The notes under the pieces were generated by a model. The model did no database searches. It worked only from the letters and a program-made list of their open reading frames with translations, and was not told the origin of the DNA. A program made the position numbers and the translations under genes. From Escherichia coli (GTDB lineage Bacteria > Pseudomonadota > Gammaproteobacteria > Enterobacterales > Enterobacteriaceae), in assembly GCF_001677475.2 (NCBI RefSeq), contig NZ_CP012498.1: a DNA stretch of 64,000 nucleotides. One strand, written 5' to 3'. Shown here piece after piece: positions 21,219-30,254 of the stretch (position 1 is its first letter; each line of letters begins with the position of its first letter).

Positions 21219-21534
21219 CTGGTGCTAATTTGTCATAAATGCCAAATCCAATAGTGAGGTTGATTACCACAGACCAGAGGATAAACCAGACTGCTATCCA
21301 GTGACTTCTGAATAACTCACAGAAATAAACGCAGGTGATTAAAAATATCCATATCACAACAACGATAATTGCTATAAATAACAGAACTGTCATAAATAAA
21401 TCAGCGAAGGTTTTAATGGGCAGGGAATGCAATAATAAATACACCAGCAAAGCAAAAGCCGTATTACCTGACAATGACTCTCTTATGATGTTTCTCACTA
21501 TTTCCAGTTTTTCTTTGAAAGATGACTTTTCCAT
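21199..21534 (-). CDS. artA: ArtA-like membrane protein (anti-tra strand)
   Basis: 111-aa hydrophobic ORF on opposite strand between trbA and traQ, as artA in F. Confidence 0.55.
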   Translation of the reverse strand: MEKSSFKEKLEIVRNIIRESLSGNTAFALLVYLLLHSLPIKTFADLFMTVLLFIAIIVVVIWIFLITCVYFCELFRSHWIAVWFILWSVVINLTIGFGIYDKLAPVISLMK

Positions 21535-21614
21535 GTAAGGTTCTGATTAATTTCACAAAAATATGAAGATTATATGCGTGAATAAATTCATGTAAACCAC
21601 AACAGGATATTCAA

Positions 21615-21899
21615 ATGATAAGTAAATACAGATTCTCTTTACCCCGGCTGGATATTACCGGTGTATGGGTGTTCTCCCTGGGGCTCTGGTTTCATATTGT
21701 TGCCCGTCTGGTCTACAGAAAGCCCTGGATGGCTTTCTTTCTGGCAGAGCTGATTGCGGCCATTCTCGTAATGTTTGGCGCATACCAGATACTGGATACA
21801 TGGATAGCCCGCGTCAGTCGGGAGGAAAGGGAAGCTCTGGAAGCCCGTCAGGCCGCCATTCTTGCTGCAGAGAAGGAGAGCAGACATGTCTCTCACTAA
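21615..21899 (+). CDS. traQ: TraQ, pilin chaperone
   Basis: 94 aa, F TraQ-like (MISKYRFSLPRLDITG...). Confidence 0.85.
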   Translation: MISKYRFSLPRLDITGVWVFSLGLWFHIVARLVYRKPWMAFFLAELIAAILVMFGAYQILDTWIARVSREEREALEARQAAILAAEKESRHVSH

Positions 21900-22422
21900 A
21901 TCACTGGTGTTCACCCTGTTACTGAGCGCCGCTGCCGTGCAGGCCTCCACCCGGAATGAGATTGAGCGACTCTGGAATCCGCAGGGTATGGTCGCACAGC
22001 CTGCAGCAGACACGTCAGCCAGGACAGAAAAGTCGGCTCCCCGCTGGTTCCGCCTCAGCAACGGAACTCAGGTCAATCTTGCTGACTGGAAAGTGGTGCT
22101 GTTCATGCAGGGGCGATGTCCGTACTGTCACCAGTTTGACCCGGTACTGAAACAGCTGGCGCTGCAGTACGGATTTTCCGTATTTCCCTATACCCTGGAT
22201 GGTCAGGGTGATACGGCCTTCCCGCAGGCGTTACCTGCACCACCGGATGTGCTGAAAACATTCTTCCCGAATATCCCTGTGGCCACACCGACCACCTTCC
22301 TGGTTAACGTCAATACGCTTGAAGCGCTGCCGCTTTTACAGGGCGCATCGGATGCTGCCGGTTTTATGGCGCGGATGGATACCGTTCTGCAGATGTACGG
22401 AGGAAAAAAAGGTGCGAAATAA
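21886..22422 (+). CDS. trbB: TrbB, thioredoxin-fold disulfide isomerase
   Basis: Start ATG 21886 after aaggaga; signal peptide; CPYC motif. Confidence 0.85.
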   Translation: MSLTKSLVFTLLLSAAAVQASTRNEIERLWNPQGMVAQPAADTSARTEKSAPRWFRLSNGTQVNLADWKVVLFMQGRCPYCHQFDPVLKQLALQYGFSVFPYTLDGQGDTAFPQALPAPPDVLKTFFPNIPVATPTTFLVNVNTLEALPLLQGASDAAGFMARMDTVLQMYGGKKGAK

Positions 22423-22726
22423 GCAGGTGGTGTTACTCATTGCCGGAATATCCGGCATCGCGACCGGAATCATCGTCAGCCTGAATATCCCCTTTATCCG
22501 TCAGGGGCTTTTTTATCCCTCCAGCCCTGCAGAAATTGTCGTTTCGCTGTGTCTTATCTTTTCTGTTTCTGTTGTGTTTTTTGTGGGGGCAATTGTGGGA
22601 TGGATTTCGGTGTCTGAAATATATTACAGCCGCATGACCGGTCTGAATGAATCATCAGAAATATCAGAGGAAACTTATGATGACAGAAAACAAAAAGAAT
22701 CAGGAATTCAAAATCAGAAAAATTAA
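22412..22726 (+). CDS. trbJ: TrbJ (GTG start)
   Basis: ggagg RBS then GTG at 22412; membrane protein; position after trbB. Confidence 0.6.
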   Translation: MRNKQVVLLIAGISGIATGIIVSLNIPFIRQGLFYPSSPAEIVVSLCLIFSVSVVFFVGAIVGWISVSEIYYSRMTGLNESSEISEETYDDRKQKESGIQNQKN

Positions 22727-23072
22727 ACGGGATATCGAGCGCAGTTGTGATAACTCCATAAAACACTTCTGGCTTTTTGTGGTTTTCTTTGTTGCCGGAT
22801 TGCTTTTATGGCACGGTATGCATGCTATTTTCAGCGCCGGTATTGATTCGTGGAAAACAGAGCCGGAATTAAATAATTTGATTTATATGTGGAACATTCT
22901 GATGTATGCAATTCCGTATACGTTATATGCGCTTGCAGCAGGGTTTCTTGTTACATATTTTCTGTCCACAATGTATGAATTAATATTCGGGAATATCATG
23001 ATATTCCTGCTGAAACGTCGTATGCGCCGGGAGAACAGTTTCAGGGAGGGTAATCACGATGCCTCGCATTAA
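22677..23072 (+). CDS. trbF: TrbF
   Basis: gaggaa RBS then ATG 22677; membrane protein; position before traH. Confidence 0.65.
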   Translation: MMTENKKNQEFKIRKIKRDIERSCDNSIKHFWLFVVFFVAGLLLWHGMHAIFSAGIDSWKTEPELNNLIYMWNILMYAIPYTLYALAAGFLVTYFLSTMYELIFGNIMIFLLKRRMRRENSFREGNHDASH

Positions 23073-24432
23073 ACCTCTTCTGGTTCTTTGTGCCGTTTTA
23101 CTGACGGTGACGCCTGCTGTGTCTGCAGACGTCAACAGCGACATGAACCAGTTCTTTAACAAGCTGGGATTTGCCACCAATACCACCCAGGCCGGAGTCT
23201 GGCAGGGGCAGGCTGCCGGGTATGCCTATGGCGGTTCTCTGTATGCCCGTAATCAGGTCAGAAATATCCAGCTTATCTCCATGACACTGCCGGATATCAA
23301 TGCAGGGTGTGGCGGCATCGATGCTTATCTCGGCTCATTCAGTTTTATTAATGGTGAGCAGCTGCAGCGTTTTGTTAAGCAGATTATGAGTAACGCGATG
23401 GGTTACTTTTTTGACCTTGCCCTGCAGACAACGGTGCCCGAAATCAAAACCGCGAAAGATTTTCTGCAGAAGATGGCGAATGACATTAACAGTATGAACC
23501 TCAGTAGCTGTCAGGTGGCCCAGGGGCTTGTGGGTGGCCTGTTCCCTCAGACGCAGGAATCTCAGCGGAAAGTCTGCCAGGACATTGGCAGTGAAAGCAA
23601 TATCTTTGCTGACTGGGCCGCTTCCCGTCAGGGGTGCACGGTCGGAGGGCAGTCCTCAGCGGTTCGTGACAAGGCCAGCGATAAGGACAAGGAGCGGGTA
23701 CTGAAAAACATCAATATCATCTGGGATTCTCTGTCCAAAAACAGGATGCTTGATGGTAACAAGGAGCTGAAAGAGTTCATTATGACGCTCACCGGTACGC
23801 TGATTTTTGGTGAAGACAGTGAGATTACCCCTCTTCCTGCACGAACCACTGACCGCGATATTGTCCGGGCGATTATGGAAGGGGGCACCGCGAAAATTTA
23901 TCACTGCAATGATTCGGATAAGTGCCTCAACGTGGTGGCCGATGCGAATGTGACCATCAGTAAGGACAGGGCGCTCAAGTCACAGATAGCAAAACTGCTC
24001 ACCAGTATTCAGAACAAGGCGCTCAGTGATTCTCCGCTGGCTGAGAACGAAAAAACCTTCATTCAGAGCACCACCATTCCTGTTTTCAGATATCTGGTTG
24101 ACCCACTGATGCTGGGCGTATCCAACAGTGTGCTCTACCAGCTGACGGACTATATCGGTTACGACATCATGCTCCAGTACATTCAGGAACTGCTTCAGCA
24201 GGCCCGGGCGATGATTTCCACCGGGAACTACCCGCAGGCGGTCCTGGACAGTGTGCTCGATAACCTTAATCAGGCGCAGCAACAGATTGCCATTTTCCAG
24301 AGCCAGGTGCAGGTCCAGCAGGATGCACTGCTGGTTGTTGACCGTCAGATGAGCTACATGCGTCAGCAGTTGTCTGCCCGTATGCTCAGCCGTTACCAGA
24401 ATAATTATCACTTCGGGGGAGGCGTACAGTGA
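23059..24432 (+). CDS. traH: TraH
   Basis: 457 aa with signal peptide, F TraH-like. Confidence 0.9.
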   Translation: MPRIKPLLVLCAVLLTVTPAVSADVNSDMNQFFNKLGFATNTTQAGVWQGQAAGYAYGGSLYARNQVRNIQLISMTLPDINAGCGGIDAYLGSFSFINGEQLQRFVKQIMSNAMGYFFDLALQTTVPEIKTAKDFLQKMANDINSMNLSSCQVAQGLVGGLFPQTQESQRKVCQDIGSESNIFADWAASRQGCTVGGQSSAVRDKASDKDKERVLKNINIIWDSLSKNRMLDGNKELKEFIMTLTGTLIFGEDSEITPLPARTTDRDIVRAIMEGGTAKIYHCNDSDKCLNVVADANVTISKDRALKSQIAKLLTSIQNKALSDSPLAENEKTFIQSTTIPVFRYLVDPLMLGVSNSVLYQLTDYIGYDIMLQYIQELLQQARAMISTGNYPQAVLDSVLDNLNQAQQQIAIFQSQVQVQQDALLVVDRQMSYMRQQLSARMLSRYQNNYHFGGGVQ

Positions 24433-27251
24433 ACGAGGTCTATGTCATCGCCGGTGGGGAATGGTTACGGAACAACCTGAATGCCATCGCTGCCTTTATG
24501 AGTACCCGGACGTGGGATTCCATCGAAAAAATTGCGCTCACCCTGTCTGTTGTTGCTGTGGCGTTTATGTGGGTACAGCGACATAACGTGATGGATTTGC
24601 TGGGATGGGTTGCCGTGTTTGTGCTTATCAGTCTGCTGATTAATGTCCGCACATCGGTGCAGATTATTGATAACAGTGACCTGGTTCAGGTTCATCGTGT
24701 GGACAATGTACCGGTCGGGCTGGCGATGCCATTATCGCTGACAACCCGTATCGGGCATGCAATGGTGGCCGGCTATGAGATGGTTTTCGCTCAGCCGGAC
24801 AGCGCCACCTACAGCAAGACAGGGATGCTGTTCGGGGCGAATCTGATAGTGAAAAGCACCGATTTTCTCTCCCGGAATCCCGAAATTATCAACCTGTTTC
24901 AGGACTACGTTCAGAACTGCGTGCTGGGTGATATTTACCTGAACCACAAATACACGCTGGAAGACCTGATGGTGGCTGATGACCCCTATATGGTGATTTT
25001 TTCCCGGCCCAGCCCGCTGCGGGGGGTATATGACAGAAATAATAATTTTGTCAGCTGCAAGGATGCGTCGGTCACGCTAAAAGACAAGCTGAATCTTGAT
25101 ACAAAGACCGGAGGCAAGACCTGGCATTATTATGTGCAGCAGTTATTTGGCGGCAGACCGGACCCTGACCTGTTATTCAGGGAACTGCTCAGTGACAGTT
25201 ACAGCTATTTCTACGGGGCCAGCCAGTCGGCCAGCCAGATTATGCGTAAGAATGTGACAATAAATGCACTGAAAGAGGGTATCACCAGTAATGCGGCCCG
25301 TAACGGTGATACGGCCAGCCTGGTGAGTCTGGCCACCACCTCATCAATGGAGAAACAGCGACTGGCGCACGTCTCTGTCGGGCATGTGATAATGCGAAAC
25401 CTGCCGATGGTCCAGACCATTCTGACCGGAATAACCATTGGTATTTTCCCGCTTCTGGTACTGGCTGCTGCATTTAACAAAATGACACTGCCGGTGCTGA
25501 AGGGTTATGTGTTTGCCCTTATGTGGCTGCAGACCTGGCCTCTGCTGTACGCCATTCTGAACAGTGCCATGACATTCTATGCGAAGCTGAACGGTGCCCC
25601 GGTGGTGTTGTCGGAAGTCTCTCAGATACAGCTGAAATACTCCGACCTGGCATCCACCGCAGGTTATCTCTCAGCGATGATCCCCCCTCTGTCATGGATG
25701 ATGGTAAGAGGCCTTGGTGCCGGATTTTCCAGCGTATACAGCCACTTTGCGTCTTCTTCCATCACGCCAACCGCCAGTGCGGCAGGCAGTGTGGTTGACG
25801 GTAATTACTCCTACGGCAACATGCAGACGGAGAACGTGAACGGTTTCAGCTGGAGCACCAACAGCACCACGTCATTTGGTCAGATGACGCACCAGACCGG
25901 TAGTGGTGCAACCGCCACGCAGACCCGTGACGGCAGTATGGTGATGGACGCCAGTGGGGCAATGTCCCGTTTGCCGGTTGGTATTAATGCAACGCGTCAG
26001 ATTGCAGCAGCGCAACAGGAAATGGCCCGGGAGTCGATGAATAAGGCGGAAAGTGCCCTGCATGGTTTCAGCAGCAGTATTGCCAGTGCCTGGAATACGC
26101 TCAGCCAGTTTGGCTCTAACCGGGGAAGCAGTGATTCAGTCACCAGTGGCGCTGACAGCACGATGAGCGCGCAGGACTCCATGATGGCCAGCCGTATGCG
26201 CAGTGCGGTGGAAAGCTATGCGAAGGCGCATAATATCAGTAATGAGCAGGCGACAAGAGAACTGGCATCCAGAAGTACGAGAGGTTCTGCGGGGATGTAT
26301 GGTGATGCTCATGCTGAATGGGGGGTTAAACCTAAAATTCTTGGTGTTGGTGGTGGCGCAGGTGTCAGAGGTGGTGGTAGGACAAGTATTGACTGGAATG
26401 ATGAGGATGCGCATCAGGCCAGCAGTGGTTCACGGGCCAGCCATGATGCCCGTCATGATATTGATGCCAGAGCTACACAAGACTTTAAAGAAGCAAGCGA
26501 CTACTTTATTAATCGCAAGGTCAGTGAATCCGGCAGCCATACTGACAATAATGCCGATTCCCGCGTGGATCAGTTGTCAGCAGCCCTGAACTCAGCGAAA
26601 CAGAGTTACGACCAGTACACGACGAATATGACCCGCAGCCATGAATATGCGGAAATGGCCTCCCGTACTGAAAGTATGAGCGGACAGATGAGTGAAGACC
26701 TGTCGCAACAGTTTGCACAGTATGTGATGAAACATGCGCCGCAGGATGCAGAAGCTATTCTGACAAACACCAGTTCACCGGAGATTGCAGAACGTCGTCG
26801 GGCAATGGCCTGGTCTTTTGTTCAGGAACAGGTGCAGCCTGGTGTTGATAGCGCCTGGCGTGAATCCCGTGGCGATATCGGTAAAGGAATGGAGAGCGTA
26901 CCTTCGGGCGGTGGCAGCCAGGATATTATTGCAGGCCATCAGGGGCATCTGGGTATTATTGAGCAAAGAACGCAGGACAGTAATATCCGTAACGATGTGA
27001 AGCAGCAGGTTGATAATATGGTCACAGAATATCGAGGCAATATCGGAGATACTCAGAACAGCATCCGCGGCGAGGAAAGTATTGTAATAGGACAGTATTC
27101 TGAACTGCAAAATCACCATAAAACAGAGGCATTATCTCAGAATGATAAATATAATGAAGAAAAATCAGCTCAGGAAGGAATACCCGGTGCTGACAGCCCA
27201 CAGGATCTTATGAACAGGGCAAAAGAGTATCAGGATAAGTATAAGCAATAA
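24429..27251 (+). CDS. traG: TraG, mating-pair stabilisation / entry-exclusion determinant
   Basis: 940 aa, N-terminal polytopic membrane domain and long C-terminal periplasmic domain, F TraG-like. Confidence 0.9.
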   Translation: MNEVYVIAGGEWLRNNLNAIAAFMSTRTWDSIEKIALTLSVVAVAFMWVQRHNVMDLLGWVAVFVLISLLINVRTSVQIIDNSDLVQVHRVDNVPVGLAMPLSLTTRIGHAMVAGYEMVFAQPDSATYSKTGMLFGANLIVKSTDFLSRNPEIINLFQDYVQNCVLGDIYLNHKYTLEDLMVADDPYMVIFSRPSPLRGVYDRNNNFVSCKDASVTLKDKLNLDTKTGGKTWHYYVQQLFGGRPDPDLLFRELLSDSYSYFYGASQSASQIMRKNVTINALKEGITSNAARNGDTASLVSLATTSSMEKQRLAHVSVGHVIMRNLPMVQTILTGITIGIFPLLVLAAAFNKMTLPVLKGYVFALMWLQTWPLLYAILNSAMTFYAKLNGAPVVLSEVSQIQLKYSDLASTAGYLSAMIPPLSWMMVRGLGAGFSSVYSHFASSSITPTASAAGSVVDGNYSYGNMQTENVNGFSWSTNSTTSFGQMTHQTGSGATATQTRDGSMVMDASGAMSRLPVGINATRQIAAAQQEMARESMNKAESALHGFSSSIASAWNTLSQFGSNRGSSDSVTSGADSTMSAQDSMMASRMRSAVESYAKAHNISNEQATRELASRSTRGSAGMYGDAHAEWGVKPKILGVGGGAGVRGGGRTSIDWNDEDAHQASSGSRASHDARHDIDARATQDFKEASDYFINRKVSESGSHTDNNADSRVDQLSAALNSAKQSYDQYTTNMTRSHEYAEMASRTESMSGQMSEDLSQQFAQYVMKHAPQDAEAILTNTSSPEIAERRRAMAWSFVQEQVQPGVDSAWRESRGDIGKGMESVPSGGGSQDIIAGHQGHLGIIEQRTQDSNIRNDVKQQVDNMVTEYRGNIGDTQNSIRGEESIVIGQYSELQNHHKTEALSQNDKYNEEKSAQEGIPGADSPQDLMNRAKEYQDKYKQ

Positions 27252-27266
27252 TGCTGGGTTTGGGAG

Positions 27267-27770
27267 ATGATAATGAAAAATTTAGCTCATATTGCTCTGA
27301 TAACTGTGATACAGCTCATTGCCTGTAATCTGGCTGATTGGGGGAGCGCTGAAACAGTTTTTATCCTGTGCTTTATTGTACTATGGCAGGGACTGTTTAT
27401 ATGGTTGTTTTCTCAAATACGAAAAAAACGGCATGTGTCGGATGAGTTTAAATTCAGTAAAGGCGTTTGGTATATACTGATGCCAGTATCTTCCTTATTC
27501 TCTCCGTTATTAAGCCTGATGACTTTTATCATTGGTACACTATACGAATTAAGGCGAGTTTGTGGTTGTGTAAGTGTAAGAGAATGGATGCAATCTCAGG
27601 TAAATGAAAACGCCAATGAAGAATTGCATCTGGATTTTGATGATGTGAGTTTTGATTATGTGGATTTTTATCGTACTAATCCGGCAACAGGATTAGCTAT
27701 GCATGGAGGATTTGATTCAGCAGGAAATACTTTTGGAACTTGTTGGCAGGACTATGATGATAGGCGATAA
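27267..27770 (+). CDS. traS: TraS, entry exclusion inner-membrane protein (variable allele)
   Basis: 167-aa hydrophobic protein between traG and traT; sequence not conserved with F, as is usual for traS. Confidence 0.6.
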   Translation: MIMKNLAHIALITVIQLIACNLADWGSAETVFILCFIVLWQGLFIWLFSQIRKKRHVSDEFKFSKGVWYILMPVSSLFSPLLSLMTFIIGTLYELRRVCGCVSVREWMQSQVNENANEELHLDFDDVSFDYVDFYRTNPATGLAMHGGFDSAGNTFGTCWQDYDDRR

Positions 27771-27801
27771 GAAAACTGTAGCTTGTAATAAAGGTAATTT
27801 G

Positions 27802-28533
27802 ATGAAAACAAAAAAATTGATGATGGTTACCCTGGTCAGTTCCACACTGGTCCTTTCAGGGTGTGGTGCGATGAGCACAGCAATCAAGAAGCGTAATCTT
27901 GAAGTCAAAACTCAGATGAGTGAAACCATCTGGCTTGAACCCGCCAGCGAACGCACGGTATTTCTGCAGATCAAAAACACGTCTGATAAAGATATGAGTG
28001 GGCTGCAGGGCAAAATTGCTGATGCTGTGAAAGAAAAAGGGTATCAGGTGGTGACTTCTCCGGATAAAGCCTACTACTGGATTCAGGCGAATGTGCTGAA
28101 GGCCGATAAGATGGATCTGCGGGAGTCTCAGGGATGGCTGAACCGTGGTTATGAAGGCGCAGCTGTTGGTGCAGCATTAGGTGCCGGTATTACCGGATAT
28201 AACTCCAATTCTGCCGGTGCCACACTCGGTGTAGGCCTTGCTGCTGGTCTGGTGGGTATGGCTGCAGATGCAATGGTGGAAGATGTGAACTATACCATGA
28301 TCACGGATGTGCAGATTGCAGAGCGTACTAAGGCAACGGTGACAACGGATAATATTGCCGCTCTTCGTCAGGGCACATCAGGTGAGAAAATTCAGACCAG
28401 TACTGAAACGGGTAACCAGCATAAATACCAGACCCGGGTGGTCTCAAATGCGAACAAGGTTAACCTGAAATTTGAAGAGGCGAAACCTGTTCTCGAAGAC
28501 CAGTTGGCCAAATCAATTGCTAATATATTGTAA
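27802..28533 (+). CDS. traT: TraT, surface exclusion lipoprotein
   Basis: 243 aa from [23 protein letters not shown]..., near-identical to F/R100 TraT as recalled. Confidence 0.95.
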   Translation: MKTKKLMMVTLVSSTLVLSGCGAMSTAIKKRNLEVKTQMSETIWLEPASERTVFLQIKNTSDKDMSGLQGKIADAVKEKGYQVVTSPDKAYYWIQANVLKADKMDLRESQGWLNRGYEGAAVGAALGAGITGYNSNSAGATLGVGLAAGLVGMAADAMVEDVNYTMITDVQIAERTKATVTTDNIAALRQGTSGEKIQTSTETGNQHKYQTRVVSNANKVNLKFEEAKPVLEDQLAKSIANIL

Positions 28534-28547
28534 TTTAGGATGAGACT

Positions 28548-28578
28548 GGATAAAGCTGTACCAGTCTCATATAAATTC
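28548..28578 (+). terminator. hairpin after traT (gagactgg...ccagtctc)
   Basis: 8-bp inverted repeat with 15-nt loop immediately after the traT stop. Confidence 0.4.
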
Positions 28579-28604
28579 CCTATTATGGCATTAAGGGGGT
28601 AGTC

Positions 28605-29216
28605 GTGTTAATCAGAAAATGTATAGTGTTATTAATTTGTTTTCTCATTCAGGGATGCATAAGTACAGAAGTATCTGAAGGAGCTTTATATAAATATAAA
28701 AATAAACATGTAAGAGAATTTTTGTCCGATCAGATAATGTATAATATTCATAATGAGAATTATAATTATATCACCCGCACTGGAGGTTCTGATACTTATT
28801 TTTTATATACTCCAGCTTTGTTTGTTGATAAACAGGTTGCAGCACCATCGGTGAATGTTGAAAACTTATGTATTATAAGCGGAGGGCAAGGTCGAATTAA
28901 GAAATTTACGGCTGATACTTTTATTGAATCAGGCTATAAAGTTGCTAAAGCCTTTCGTGATATGGGATTGTATGCTCATTTCGGAGCATATGAAGCATTC
29001 AGGGATTCTTATCAGAGTTTTGAAGAGCAAAAAGTTGCGTATAGATTTCAAACGAAAAAGCTGGATGAGCATATAAAAAGAGGTTATTTCTTTGATGACT
29101 TTTCCTGTGTTGTTAATGGAAAAACAATATGGTCGCTTTCAATTGAACCAGTCGCTGTTGATAAGGATTCATCAGATGTTGACCAGATATGGATGCTTAT
29201 GACGGTTAATAGCTGA
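28605..29216 (+). CDS. hypothetical lipoprotein (AT-rich insertion after traT)
   Basis: 203-aa ORF, GTG start after aggggg RBS; signal peptide with lipobox (LIQGC); AT-rich; no recognised domain. Confidence 0.5.
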   Translation: MLIRKCIVLLICFLIQGCISTEVSEGALYKYKNKHVREFLSDQIMYNIHNENYNYITRTGGSDTYFLYTPALFVDKQVAAPSVNVENLCIISGGQGRIKKFTADTFIESGYKVAKAFRDMGLYAHFGAYEAFRDSYQSFEEQKVAYRFQTKKLDEHIKRGYFFDDFSCVVNGKTIWSLSIEPVAVDKDSSDVDQIWMLMTVNS

Positions 29217-29596
29217 TCTTTAGGGATAAAACTAAATAGCGTCAAGAGAATATTATCCGTGGCTGGGATGACTGGCCTCCTGACTGACGCCTCGCGTTGC
29301 TCGTTGTCCAACCCCGGGAAGTAACAAAATAAATTTTGTCGCTTCCCGGCGTTTCCGAAATAAATATGAGAACACTGAACGGTTGTGCAAATTCTTTGTG
29401 CGACCGTGAAGTGTTGCCGGCGAAGCCGGGATCTTCCGGAGAAAGTCATTATGACATCAGACAATATCGCTGAATATGTTGGTGAGAATAATCAATTTAC
29501 TGAGAAGCCTGTAACTGAATCCCCCCCGGGATACAGGATAATACAGCGACCACTAAAGACTATCTGTACAGCAATAATATTGATACTGACCTTTTA

Positions 29597-30199
29597 GTGG
29601 TTATCGGAGGGCTTATTGTTATATTGTTTCTCATGATGCTTGTCATGTACTTTATTAATTCTCTCAGGTATAAGGAATTAACTGAAATACTGACAAAAAT
29701 ATCTTTTCCTGAGAAATCCGGGAGCAATCCGCTTAAGCCGGAAGAGGGCCGCTGTAATTTGTTGTCCCTGTGTGTGCTGGCCCCGGTATTCTGTACTCCC
29801 AAAAAGCTGGCAGAAGTCTCCAGACAGATCATCGTGACCAGTGCGCAGGAAATTGCCTGGACGCCCGGGAATAGCCGTATTGATGGTGAGCAGGAAGAAA
29901 ATATTACCTGGTCTCTGTCGTCACAGACTCATGCCGATAAATACGAGCTCATCAATAAAACGTCCCGTGTATCTCCTGACAGTGGCCACTTTTATGAACC
30001 GGGCACGGCTCTGGATTATCGTGAACGGATACGCCTTTTTGTTCAGATCCAGTATTCACACGAGAGTGACTGGTCTGAAATATTGCGCCTGACTGATATC
30101 GTGCTGGAAAAAGTTTCTTCCGGCAGGCCAGCAGGCGGCTATCACCACCGGTATACAGGGTATACATGGTATACATGGTATACATGGTTTGTTCTGTGA
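29597..30199 (+). CDS. hypothetical membrane protein upstream of traD (possibly frameshifted with the upstream 29451..29597 ORF)
   Basis: 200-aa ORF with N-terminal TM; upstream small ORF ends in a TM segment and overlaps by 1 nt; C-terminus encoded by 9-bp tandem repeats. Confidence 0.35.
   Translation: MVIGGLIVILFLMMLVMYFINSLRYKELTEILTKISFPEKSGSNPLKPEEGRCNLLSLCVLAPVFCTPKKLAEVSRQIIVTSAQEIAWTPGNSRIDGEQEENITWSLSSQTHADKYELINKTSRVSPDSGHFYEPGTALDYRERIRLFVQIQYSHESDWSEILRLTDIVLEKVSSGRPAGGYHHRYTGYTWYTWYTWFVL
30150..30187. repeat. tandem 9-bp repeat (GGTATACAG/T x4)
   Basis: ggtatacag ggtatacat ggtatacat ggtatacat gg read directly, about 70 bp upstream of the traD start. Confidence 0.85.
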
Positions 30200-30254
30200 A
30201 TGCATTCCACACCGCTCTTTTCTGCTCTGTTCCTGACTTTCCCGGAGTTTCATC

